DNA of 64,000 nucleotides from Armatimonadota bacterium (GTDB lineage Bacteria; Sysuimicrobiota; Sysuimicrobiia; Sysuimicrobiales; Humicultoraceae): NCBI GenBank assembly GCA_037443365.1, contig JBBIOM010000001.1, positions 122,304 to 186,303 of the forward strand, read 5' to 3'. Shown piece by piece: positions 19,945 to 31,346 of this stretch (position 1 is its first letter; each line of letters starts with the position of its first letter). The notes under the pieces were generated by a model. It saw only the letters and a program-made list of their open reading frames with translations, ran no database searches and was not told where the DNA came from. The position numbers and the translations under genes were made by a program.

Positions 19945-20907
19945 GTGGCTGAGACGGCGGCAACGCAGACAACGGTTCTCTCGTACGGATTGGGACCCAT
20001 AGGAGCCGGCATCGCGGGACTGGCGCTCGACCGCGGGTACCGGATTGTCTCGGCGGTCGACATATCGCCCGACAAGGCCGGGAGCGACCTGGGCGTCCTG
20101 CTGGGACGCGCGAGACTTGGGGTGACGGTGACCGCTGATGTCGCCGCGGCCCTTGCCTGCAAGCCCAGGGTCGTCCTGCACTCAACCCAATCGCACATCC
20201 CGCAGGTCATGCCCCAGCTCATGGCGTGCATCGAGGCAGGCGCCTGCGTCGTCTCCACATGCGAAGAGCTGGCGTTCCCGTGGTACCGTCACGACCACGA
20301 GGCCAGGCGCCTCGACGCGGCCGCGAAGGCCCACGGCGTCACGATCGTGGGCGTGGGCGTGAACCCCGGATTCGTGATGGACCTGCTGCCCATCGTGCTA
20401 ACGGCGCCCTGCCGCAAGGTGCGCGCCATCCGCGTCACGCGCGTGGTGGATGCGGGGTTGCGCCGCAAGCCCCTCCAGCAGAAGGTGGGCGACGGCCTCG
20501 ACCGGGCCACCTTTGAGAAGGGTGTCGCGGAAGGCCGAATGGGGCACGTGGGGCTGCCCGAGTCCGTGGCGATGATCGCCGATGCCCTGGGATGGCCGCT
20601 CGACTCAATCGAGGAGACGATCGAGCCGGTCATGGAGGGAGCCACGGTGCGCGGCCTGCACCAGGTGGCGAACGGCCTGCAGAGCAAGGAACCGGTCATC
20701 TCGCTGGACCTGACCATGGCCGTGGGCGCGGCGAATCCGCGGGACTCGGTGACAATCGAAGGCGAGCCGCCCATCGCCCTGACCGTGTCCGGAGGCATTC
20801 ACGGCGACGTCGCAACGTGCGCGATATCGGTGAACGCTATCCCGATGGTGCTGGCGTCGCCCCCAGGCCTGACCGCGCCCCACCGCCTACCTGCGATCCA
20901 TCGCTGA
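19945..20907 (+). CDS. DapB-like / 2,4-diaminopentanoate dehydrogenase-like NAD(P)-dependent amine dehydrogenase
   Basis: YGLGPIG, VSTCEEL, GVNPGFVMD, GGIHGDVAT. Confidence 0.75.
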   Translation: MAETAATQTTVLSYGLGPIGAGIAGLALDRGYRIVSAVDISPDKAGSDLGVLLGRARLGVTVTADVAAALACKPRVVLHSTQSHIPQVMPQLMACIEAGACVVSTCEELAFPWYRHDHEARRLDAAAKAHGVTIVGVGVNPGFVMDLLPIVLTAPCRKVRAIRVTRVVDAGLRRKPLQQKVGDGLDRATFEKGVAEGRMGHVGLPESVAMIADALGWPLDSIEETIEPVMEGATVRGLHQVANGLQSKEPVISLDLTMAVGAANPRDSVTIEGEPPIALTVSGGIHGDVATCAISVNAIPMVLASPPGLTAPHRLPAIHR

Positions 20908-21786
20908 TCGGGCGGCGGCTCGCAGAGCGCGTGCGCCCAGGTTGATGAGGTAGGCACCATCGGTCCCGGGCACCGGTAGGAGGTTCCAGGCAACGCGCAG
21001 GAGCGCCGCGGCGGCAAGCAGCGCCGCGGCCTCTCTTTGCGCCGGCAGAGCCAGCCCGGCAATGAGGGCTACTGAACCCACCGCGGCATCGCAGAGCGGC
21101 CCCCAGGCAGCGATCCTTGCCCGCGCGCGAGGGGGCAGGAGCGCGGCGCCGGCGAGGTGCACGCGGAATCCGATGCTCCAGGGGGCGGCCTCCACCACGA
21201 GCGCGGCCGCGCGGGCGCCCGCGGTCAGCGCCGCAGCGGCGTGGGCCATCTCGTGGGTAAGCCCAAGGATCCAGACCAGGAACGCCAGCGCCAGCAGGCG
21301 CGACACCTCTGGCTCCGAGTAGAGAGCGCGAAGCCAGCCAGCGTGCTGTGCGCCCAAGACCGCGCCCGCAACCAGCAGCGCGGCAACCCCGAAAGCCCGC
21401 ACCCATGCCGGAATCCTGTGCAGCAACCGGCAGAGCGGCAGCATAGCGGCCGCGTTGGCGATGACCACTCGTGACGAGAAGGGCCTGAGCACTTGCGGCG
21501 CCTCGGCGCCGCAGGACACCAGACCAGCATCGACCAGACGTCTCACGAACCGCGCCACGTCCGCCGCGTCCAGTCGCGGCGCCGCCCCGGCCACATCGCG
21601 CGACAGCTCTTCGAGCCCGCGCGTACCGTCCATCAGGGCCAGCAAGGACGCCTCGGGCTCGCCCGCCTGGAAGCAGCGCCCCCCGGAGGCGTGGACGATC
21701 CAGCGCGCACCCCCCTGCCCCCCGACTTCCCTGGTGACGCGCACGCCCGGGAGCAGGCACGGTCGCGCCTGGCTCAGGTCGTCCAC
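20887..21786 (-). CDS. RRE/PqqD-like domain fused to an M50 membrane metallopeptidase
   Basis: N-terminal LLALMDGTRGLEEL...VARFVRRLVDAGLV winged-helix pattern; HEMAH, AWGP, NLLPVPGTDG; GTG at 21786. Confidence 0.75.
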   Translation of the reverse strand: MDDLSQARPCLLPGVRVTREVGGQGGARWIVHASGGRCFQAGEPEASLLALMDGTRGLEELSRDVAGAAPRLDAADVARFVRRLVDAGLVSCGAEAPQVLRPFSSRVVIANAAAMLPLCRLLHRIPAWVRAFGVAALLVAGAVLGAQHAGWLRALYSEPEVSRLLALAFLVWILGLTHEMAHAAAALTAGARAAALVVEAAPWSIGFRVHLAGAALLPPRARARIAAWGPLCDAAVGSVALIAGLALPAQREAAALLAAAALLRVAWNLLPVPGTDGAYLINLGARALRAAARSAMDRR

Positions 21787-22499
21787 CTGAACCGCCGCAC
21801 GGATACAACTGCTCCGATCAGTCCCCACAGCGCCAGCACCCCCAACTCGGTGACGACCGAGGACGCGTCCCCACCGCGGGCGGCCGCCCTGAGCCCGCGC
21901 AAGAAGTATGTCAGCGGAAGCGCGCCGGAGAGGCGCGCCAGCGCGGCGGGCAGCATCTCTACCGGGAAGTAGGCGCCACTCAGGAACGTCATGGGGAAGA
22001 ACAGGAAGGCGGCGATCGAGTTCGCGGCCTCGACCGAGCGCGCCAGGACGCCCACCGCGAACCCGGTAGCCAGGAAGGCTGGTACGCCTACGCACATGAC
22101 CGCCGCGAGCGTACCCGGCCGAGCAGAGAACCGGACGTCGAAGAGCCCCGCTCCTATGGCCAGCAGCTCCACGCCCACGGCGAGCACAACCGCCCCGCGC
22201 ACCAGCATCTGAGCCAGTACGAGCTGCCAGGCCGGGATCGGGACGAGGACCAGGCGCTTGAGGAACCCGCTGCTGCGGTAGTGGGTCACGACCACACCGA
22301 TGCTGTAGTAGGCCGTGGATGCCAGCACCATCCCGAGCACGCCCGGGACAAGAAAGACCATCTGCCCGGGTTCGCGCGCGAACACGCTGCCCAGCAGCAC
22401 CAGCAGGAAGGCCGGAAAGAAGAAGGTCCAGAAGGCGGCCTGCGGCGTGCGCCAGAACAGCCTGGCCTCCATCAGGACGAGGCGCCACAAGCCCGTCAT
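21774..22499 (-). CDS. ABC-2 exporter permease
   Basis: Six hydrophobic segments, FLSGAYFP, LPLTY; ATG at 22499. Confidence 0.88.
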   Translation of the reverse strand: MTGLWRLVLMEARLFWRTPQAAFWTFFFPAFLLVLLGSVFAREPGQMVFLVPGVLGMVLASTAYYSIGVVVTHYRSSGFLKRLVLVPIPAWQLVLAQMLVRGAVVLAVGVELLAIGAGLFDVRFSARPGTLAAVMCVGVPAFLATGFAVGVLARSVEAANSIAAFLFFPMTFLSGAYFPVEMLPAALARLSGALPLTYFLRGLRAAARGGDASSVVTELGVLALWGLIGAVVSVRRFRWTT

Positions 22500-23233
22500 G
22501 TCGGTCCTCCTGGGAGCGGGGAATCCTGGGTCAGTTCCAGGAAGGTTTCTTCGAGCCCGCCGCGGCCAGCACGCGCCAGCGCTGCCACGGTGCCCTGCGC
22601 GAGTACCCTGCCGCGGTGGATGATGGCCACCCTGTCGCACAGCGACTCGGCCTCGTCCAGGTGATGCGTGGCCAGAAGCACGGTGCGCCCGCATGCCCGC
22701 GCCTCGTGAATGAGATCCCAGAGATCCCGGCGCGCGTGCGCATCGAGCCCTGCCGTGGGCTCGTCCAGGATCAGGAGCTCGGGATCTCCGACCAGGGCCA
22801 GCGCCAGCAGGAACCGTCGCCGCTGCCCGCCTGAGAGCTGGCCGTACATGGCCGCCGAACGGTCGCCCAGACCTGTCCGGGCGAGCAGCCGGTGCGCCTC
22901 GATACGGCGCGGGTAGAAACCCCCGAGGAACTCCAGCGCCTCCCCCAGGCGCAGGTAAGGGTGGAAGACCGCCTCCTGCAGCTGCACGCCTATGCGCCGC
23001 CGCAGGCCCAGCGCCCCGCCCCGAGGATCGAGCCCCAGCACACGCGCCCGGCCCGCATCAGGGCGCTGCAGCCCCACCAGTATCTCGATGGTCGTGGTCT
23101 TGCCGGCGCCGTTGCGCCCCAGGAGCCCGAATACCTCGCCTTCCTTGACCTCCAGGTCAAGCCCGTCCAGAGCCACGACGCTGCCGTACCGCCTGCGCAG
23201 GCCTTCCACCTCGATTGCCAGCGCGTCAGGCAT
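22496..23233 (-). CDS. ABC-2 exporter ATP-binding protein
   Basis: GRNGAGKTT, LSGGQRRR, LDEPTAGLD; ATG at 23233. Confidence 0.92.
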   Translation of the reverse strand: MPDALAIEVEGLRRRYGSVVALDGLDLEVKEGEVFGLLGRNGAGKTTTIEILVGLQRPDAGRARVLGLDPRGGALGLRRRIGVQLQEAVFHPYLRLGEALEFLGGFYPRRIEAHRLLARTGLGDRSAAMYGQLSGGQRRRFLLALALVGDPELLILDEPTAGLDAHARRDLWDLIHEARACGRTVLLATHHLDEAESLCDRVAIIHRGRVLAQGTVAALARAGRGGLEETFLELTQDSPLPGGPT

Positions 23234-24053
23234 CTCCCCGGCCTCCTCGCTCGGGCAGGCAGTCCGGGGGGGGATGCCCCACGGCCAGCGCATAGAGGAC
23301 GCTCGCACGCGTTCCATCGAGCCCCAGCAGCGCGTCCACAAGCGCGTCGTCGAGCCCGCCCAGGGCGACCACGCCAAGGCCCATCGCAGCGGCTGCCAGG
23401 TAGACGTTCTGGGCCGCGTGTCCTGCCTCCAGGAGAACGAAGCGGTATCCCCTGGCCCCGTACCTGTCGATGGTCCGGGCGAAGACGCCTGCCAGCGCGA
23501 TCAGCAGACCGGCCTGCAGGACAAGCGCCGGAAACGCTGACGCGGCCGCGAGGTCGCGCATGCTCTGCTCCGGAGGATCCAGCGCCACGAGCGAGGCGCC
23601 TCCTCCGATGGCATCGTAGTGGTATGGGCCGGGATGAACCCCTGCCGGTGGAACAGGAAGCCAGAAGTAGGCATCAATCGGATAGCAGGCGCCGGCAGAC
23701 GGCACCGTTCGGCGCAGGTGGGCGCGGTCCGTGCCTGCGCCGACCGATCCGGCAGACGTCCAGAGCAGCGTCGCGGTCTCCTGCAGGGCCAGAGGAAGGC
23801 CGGCGAACTCCCGGGCAGACCTGCGGCGTTGGAGCACGACGTCCAGCCCGGCGTTGAGGTGGACGCCCGGCTCCGGCCCGGGAAGAGGCAGGCGGCATCC
23901 TCGGCGCGCGCGCGCCGGCGGCGAGCCTCCGGCCCTGGAGTGGGCCGCGGCGCGCCGCGATACCTCGGCCCAATCCGACGGCCTCCACTTGCTGCTCTCA
24001 TGGAAGACCTCCCAGAGGGGGTGGCCGGGCATGACACAAGGCTCAAGGGGCAT
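23226..24053 (-). CDS. SagB/ThcOx-family FMN-dependent azoline dehydrogenase
   Basis: RRRSAREF, RTVPSAGACYP, RYGARGYRFVLLEAGHAAQN. Confidence 0.9.
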   Translation of the reverse strand: MPLEPCVMPGHPLWEVFHESSKWRPSDWAEVSRRAAAHSRAGGSPPARARRGCRLPLPGPEPGVHLNAGLDVVLQRRRSAREFAGLPLALQETATLLWTSAGSVGAGTDRAHLRRTVPSAGACYPIDAYFWLPVPPAGVHPGPYHYDAIGGGASLVALDPPEQSMRDLAAASAFPALVLQAGLLIALAGVFARTIDRYGARGYRFVLLEAGHAAQNVYLAAAAMGLGVVALGGLDDALVDALLGLDGTRASVLYALAVGHPPPDCLPERGGRGDA

Positions 24054-24064
24054 CTGCGCTCCCT

Positions 24065-25399
24065 CTAGGGAAAAGGATGCGGATGCGTGTTCAGTCCCCC
24101 ACATCCGGTGAACCCAAGGCGCTCAGGGGCTTCCCAGAGGCGCGTGTATCCCAGGAACCGGTGGGCGTGCGACGGCGCGATGTCCAGCAGGCCCGGCACG
24201 AGCACCTTGACCGCGAAGAAGCCGCAGGCCGCCAGGTCGGGCGTGGTGACGTCCACCGCCAGCACACGCATGCCGCGCTGATCGAGGGACTCCAGGCAGC
24301 GCGCAAGGTCGGCCTGGGGTGAGCCGCTCGCGGCGGGTAGGTCCTCCAGGCGCACAGGCTGGGCAGCCGGGTTCACCAGGAAGTCAAGGTAGGGCAGCGA
24401 CCCGGGCTGTCCGTAGAGGCGCACGTGATCCGAGAAGCGCCGGACATTGGAGAAGTCCCTTCCGGGATCGAAGCCTGCTCCTCCGCCCATCTGGCGCAGC
24501 CAGGCCCGCGTCTGGACGGCCTCGAGGAGGGCCTTGAGCAGCGCGGCCTCGGGGTCGAGGCGCGCGGCCGCGCCCACGCTCGCAACACTGGTGCCAGCCC
24601 CGGGATCGAGCACGATGCACACGATGACGCTCGCCCCCAGATCAGTGGGCAGCAACCGGCAGAGGAACTGAAGACCGCTGCGCTCGAGGCGCTCGCGCAC
24701 GACGCGGGCCAGGGGGCCGCAACGCGGGAGGGGCACCGGCTGCGCGGGCAAACGCCGCCACCAGCAAAGGGCGAAGGCGTCGCGCTCGATGACCTCGAGC
24801 AGGGCCGCCAGGAGGGCCGCGCTGCGCGTGCGGGCGCAGGCGAGCCCCGTGGAGATCGCCGGGCCGATGTTGGCGCACCAGGGCTCCTCGGGTTCTGCGA
24901 GGAACACGCGCTTGGCCGGCACCCAGGCCTCCCTGCCCGTCGCGACGTCGAGCCCGGCCACCCACTCGATCACGGTGTCCTCCTCGAACCGGGCGTAGGG
25001 GAGCCCTGCCTGCCACTGCTCGGGCGAGAACAGCGCATATTCGTCGGGATGCGGGCCGCGCATCTCGCGCCAGGTCGCCCGCACGATACGGGCGGAATCC
25101 GGAAACGAGGCCGCGTAGCGCTCGAGCACCTCTCCGGTGGCCCTGGCCGCGGCGTGCTCGCGCACCAGCCCCACGCCGCTCGCTGAAAGGACAAACGACT
25201 GCCGACGCCCGGGCAGCGCGGTGCGCGCGGCATCGGTGCCGGCCGCGGCCACGCAGGCCACGTCCGGCTCGTCAGGCGGAAACTGAATCGCGGCCAGTCC
25301 TCCGAGGACGCCAGCCACCGGGTTCGTCAGGCGCCCGGCCTGCTCCAGGGTGCCGGCGGCGTCGCCAGGGTCGAGCTCGGCTACAACCGCGGCGTGCAC
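24065..25399 (-). CDS. YcaO cyclodehydratase (azoline-forming D protein)
   Basis: GEVLERY, STGLACA, LLEVIERDA, LLEAVQ; C-terminal PHPFP. Confidence 0.93.
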   Translation of the reverse strand: MHAAVVAELDPGDAAGTLEQAGRLTNPVAGVLGGLAAIQFPPDEPDVACVAAAGTDAARTALPGRRQSFVLSASGVGLVREHAAARATGEVLERYAASFPDSARIVRATWREMRGPHPDEYALFSPEQWQAGLPYARFEEDTVIEWVAGLDVATGREAWVPAKRVFLAEPEEPWCANIGPAISTGLACARTRSAALLAALLEVIERDAFALCWWRRLPAQPVPLPRCGPLARVVRERLERSGLQFLCRLLPTDLGASVIVCIVLDPGAGTSVASVGAAARLDPEAALLKALLEAVQTRAWLRQMGGGAGFDPGRDFSNVRRFSDHVRLYGQPGSLPYLDFLVNPAAQPVRLEDLPAASGSPQADLARCLESLDQRGMRVLAVDVTTPDLAACGFFAVKVLVPGLLDIAPSHAHRFLGYTRLWEAPERLGFTGCGGLNTHPHPFP

Positions 25400-26355
25400 T
25401 GCACCGGAGCCTCACGACGAAACGGCCGGGCCGAAGCACACGCCGGGCAGCGCGGCAGGCGGAGCACGTCGGCCCGGGTCCACGACAGGGTGCGCACGTG
25501 GAGCCGGATCACGGCGTCCTCAAGCGCAGGCCGATCGACTCCGAGCAGGGCCTTGAGCGCTTCTACCGCCGCGATGCCGGATGCGACCGCCACCACGGCC
25601 GGAAGCACGGGCCGGCTGCCCACGCGAATCAGGCGCATAGGGCCTGACGAGAGGGCCTCGGCCCTGACCCGCAGGCAGACCAGGCACGCCGAGCGACCCG
25701 GCACGACGAGCGGGCCGAGCGTGATCTCGGAGGCGTCGGATGCGACCGGGAGCCAGGGCGTCCCGGTCGCGAGACTGATGGCGTTGAGCCGCTCGAGCGA
25801 GGCGTCGCGCATGCCGGCTCCACAGCCCACCAAGAGATCCGCTTCGTCGCAAACGCCGGTCGCTTCCTCTTGGAGGCCATCCCTTCCGTTGCGGGGGAAA
25901 GCGACAACGCGCACCCCGCAGCCGCGCAGCATCTGCAGGACGGCAGCGGACATTCGATCAGATCCCCACAGGCAGACCGTGGCGCCTTCCACGCGCGCTC
26001 TCAGGCGGTCTTCATCGGATGGGCTCGCCAGTGACCGGAGGAACCCCGCGATGCCCGAGCCGTCGTCCTCAAGTTCGACCGGACGCCCGCGCTCGGACAG
26101 CAGGCCGCCTGCGACGAGGCGGGCGATGAGGCACTCTATCTCTTCCGGGGCGCGGTCGGGCGCCGCCTCACATATCTCGCCTGTTGTGTGCCTTCCGTCC
26201 AGCACCGGGAGCAGACCCGGAAGGAGGGCCCCCAGCCTGGATCCAGACAACCGAACGCTTCTCCCGGGCGAACGCATCTCCACGTCGTCCTCCCCGACCG
26301 TGTACACCGACCAGAAGTCAGGCAGGAACGGCTTGACATCTCCGGGCGTGTCCAC
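25381..26355 (-). CDS. TOMM leader-binding E1/ThiF-like C protein with N-terminal RRE
   Basis: LDGRHTTGEI..LIARLVAGGLL; WLPV, LGPLVVPGRSACLVC, LPRCPAC. Confidence 0.88.
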   Translation of the reverse strand: MDTPGDVKPFLPDFWSVYTVGEDDVEMRSPGRSVRLSGSRLGALLPGLLPVLDGRHTTGEICEAAPDRAPEEIECLIARLVAGGLLSERGRPVELEDDGSGIAGFLRSLASPSDEDRLRARVEGATVCLWGSDRMSAAVLQMLRGCGVRVVAFPRNGRDGLQEEATGVCDEADLLVGCGAGMRDASLERLNAISLATGTPWLPVASDASEITLGPLVVPGRSACLVCLRVRAEALSSGPMRLIRVGSRPVLPAVVAVASGIAAVEALKALLGVDRPALEDAVIRLHVRTLSWTRADVLRLPRCPACASARPFRREAPVQCTPRL

Positions 26356-26385
26356 TGCTCGCCTCCACCTGCATGCCAGGTGAGC

Positions 26386-26407
26386 CTCTCACGCCGCTCT
26401 CACGCCG
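26386..26407. repeat. Tandem 11-bp direct repeat (CTCTCACGCCG x2)
   Basis: Read directly in the precursor-C protein spacer. Confidence 0.8.
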
Positions 26408-26430
26408 GCGCGTACCGTGACATCGGCCCT

Positions 26431-26469
26431 GGGGGCGGCCGCCGGCAGCGATGGCACCCCGCCGCCCCC
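26431..26469 (-). promoter_or_regulatory. GC-rich hairpin just after the precursor stop (stabiliser or leaky terminator)
   Basis: GGGGGCGGC...GCCGCCCCC 9-bp inverted repeat with 21-nt loop; no U tract. Confidence 0.5.
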
Positions 26470-26483
26470 GTGGGCTGGGCGAC

Positions 26484-26609
26484 CTACATGTTCTCGCCGC
26501 CGCCACCACCGCCGCCGCTGCAGCAGCAGCAACAACAACACGCGATGATGATGTCACCGCCGCGGTCGAACAGGGTCATGCTCTCGAGCTCGACAATCTG
26601 CAGTTCCAC
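26484..26609 (-). CDS. RiPP (LAP/TOMM) precursor peptide, 41 aa: MELQIVELESMTLFDRGGDIIIACCCCCCCSGGGGGGGENM
   Basis: Manually translated; GGAGGTGA RBS 6 nt before GTG; Cys7 run; first gene of the YcaO cluster. Confidence 0.9.
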   Translation of the reverse strand: MELQIVELESMTLFDRGGDIIIACCCCCCCSGGGGGGGENM

Positions 26610-26689
26610 TGTGGTTCACCTCCCCCGGCGCCGGGATGCGCGCCAGAGCAACCAGGGGGCGCCCGGCCCGCGGTCCGCCCGTTCTATCG

Positions 26690-27436
26690 TCACGCACCGC
26701 GGGGCATTGCGGTGCCGGAACGCAGCAGTGCGCGGGCCAGCGTCAGCACGACCACCCGCTCGGCTCCCGCGTCCTTCAGGGCGCGGGCGCAGGCCGAGGC
26801 CGTGGCGCCGGTCGAGTAGACATCGTCCACAAGCAGCACGGCCCCGCCCAGCCGCACCGCGCCCGGATGAAAGGCATTGCGCACATTGCCAGCCCTGACA
26901 GTGGCAGTCGACTCCGCCTGCGGGCGATCCTGGTGCAGCCTCCGCAACGCCCTGGGAAGGCAGGGCACGCCCAACGCGCGTGCGACGGGCCGGGCCAGGA
27001 GCTCGGACTGGTTGAAGCCGCGCGTCCTCAGCCTTGTCGGGTGAAGAGGCACGGGAACTACCGTGGTGAGACCGCGCGTAATCCAGGCGGGCGCCATCGC
27101 GGTCAGGAGGTCTCCCAGCGCCGCGGCCGTGGCCCTGCGCCCTCGAAACTTCAGTCCGCAGATGGCCCGGCGCAGCCCTCCTGCGTAGACGCCCAGCGAG
27201 CAGGCGGAATCGAAGGCCGGGGGAGTGCGGCGGCAGGCCGCGCATTGAAGAGCGGCCAAGTCAGCGGCAACGAGACCGTCTCTCCCCGCGGCAGCGAGCG
27301 GCGTCCCGCATCGCCCGCAGACGGGCGGCAGGATGAACTCAACCTGCCTGACGCACGCGTCGCAGAACGCCGCTCCTGGCGCGCCGCAGCCCCCGCACCT
27401 GGACGGAACCAGCAGGTCGAGCAGTCCGGCCCACAC
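26690..27436 (-). CDS. comF: ComF-family protein
   Basis: N-terminal CxxC zinc ribbons, VPVPLH, RGFNQS, LLVDDVYSTGAT. Confidence 0.9.
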   Translation of the reverse strand: MWAGLLDLLVPSRCGGCGAPGAAFCDACVRQVEFILPPVCGRCGTPLAAAGRDGLVAADLAALQCAACRRTPPAFDSACSLGVYAGGLRRAICGLKFRGRRATAAALGDLLTAMAPAWITRGLTTVVPVPLHPTRLRTRGFNQSELLARPVARALGVPCLPRALRRLHQDRPQAESTATVRAGNVRNAFHPGAVRLGGAVLLVDDVYSTGATASACARALKDAGAERVVVLTLARALLRSGTAMPRGA

Positions 27437-27507
27437 CCATCACATCGGCCGGCCGCAGGGATCTTGCGGGAGGGATCTCGAGGCAATCCGCGGCCAGGAT
27501 CGCGCGG

Positions 27508-29248
<1,741 letters not shown>

Positions 29249-29377
29249 ATCCAGCGTAGGTGGACGTGAGCAGCGGGCATCGGTAGGAGCGGACGCCAGT
29301 GCGCCGTCACAGCAGTTGCCTCCTGCCGGGCCGCGGCGGGTCACCGTGGACGTTCCGCAACGCCAGAGGAGGGGCCC

Positions 29378-30148
29378 GTGAGGCTCGAGCGCGAGCGTGA
29401 AGTTGGAATCCTCTACATCGACACAGAGCGAAACAACGCCGTCAATCCCGACTTCGTCCGCGAGGCCGACGGGCTCATGGACGAGGCTGAGCACGACCCG
29501 AGCATCCGGGCGCTGGTGGTGACCTCGACCCACAAGTCGCTTTTCTGCCCTGGGCTCGACTTCCCGATGCTCCTGGACAGGCCTCGGACCGAGATCGCGG
29601 CCCTGTTCCGAGGTCTCCTTGAGTCGGTACGCCGCATGCTGGTCTACCCCAAGCCAGAGGTCTACGCGCTCAACGGCCACACGCTCGCCGGAGGCTGCAT
29701 CCTGGCGTTGACCGGCGAGTACCGAATCATGGCAGAGGGCGCTGCATACGGCCTGGTGGAGATCGATGTCGGCATGGCCGTTCCCGCAAGCGTGGCCGCA
29801 ATGCTCGAGCATACCCTGGGCCCGCGGCTGGCCGCGCGCGTCCTCGTCGGCGGGGAATGCTACGCGGCCGAGCAGGCGCTTCATCTGGGGTTGGTGGATG
29901 AGGTCGTCGAGCGGCGGCGTCTCATGGAGCGCGCGGTCGACCACGCCCGATTCCTCGGAGGCAAGCCGCCGGAGGCCTATCGGCGGCTTCGGCGCTTCCT
30001 GCGGCAGGGCCTGGCCGACCGGATGGAGGCGCTTGACGCCTCGCACCTCCACGAGTTCGTGGACCAGTGGTTCAGCGAGGAGACCCAGCTGCGGCTTCGC
30101 GCGAGGGTCGAGCAGATGGCATCGGCGAAGGGGCCCGCCTCCGGGTGA
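29378..30148 (+). CDS. Enoyl-CoA hydratase/isomerase family protein
   Basis: FCPGLD, ALNGHTLAGG, GLVDEVV. Confidence 0.88.
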   Translation: MRLEREREVGILYIDTERNNAVNPDFVREADGLMDEAEHDPSIRALVVTSTHKSLFCPGLDFPMLLDRPRTEIAALFRGLLESVRRMLVYPKPEVYALNGHTLAGGCILALTGEYRIMAEGAAYGLVEIDVGMAVPASVAAMLEHTLGPRLAARVLVGGECYAAEQALHLGLVDEVVERRRLMERAVDHARFLGGKPPEAYRRLRRFLRQGLADRMEALDASHLHEFVDQWFSEETQLRLRARVEQMASAKGPASG

Positions 30149-30220
30149 TTCGGGCGTCCTGCCGCACGCTTCGGCAAGTACAGACAACGCCCGGCACAGG
30201 CCGGGTCTGGCCGTACCGTT

Positions 30221-31330
<1,110 letters not shown>

Positions 31331-31346
31331 TACCAGACCACGCCCA

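Noticed and set aside
20887-26609. Thiopeptide or thioamitide interpretation of the YcaO cluster
   Set aside because: No split LanB or pyridine synthase and no TfuA; the E1-like partner, PxP tail and SagB indicate a linear azole peptide
26188-26898. Plus-strand ORF with poly-Pro/poly-Gln, and the poly-Ala/Thr frames
   Set aside because: Antisense or alternative readings of the Gly7/Cys7 precursor codons; only the precursor frame has a strong RBS and fitting context
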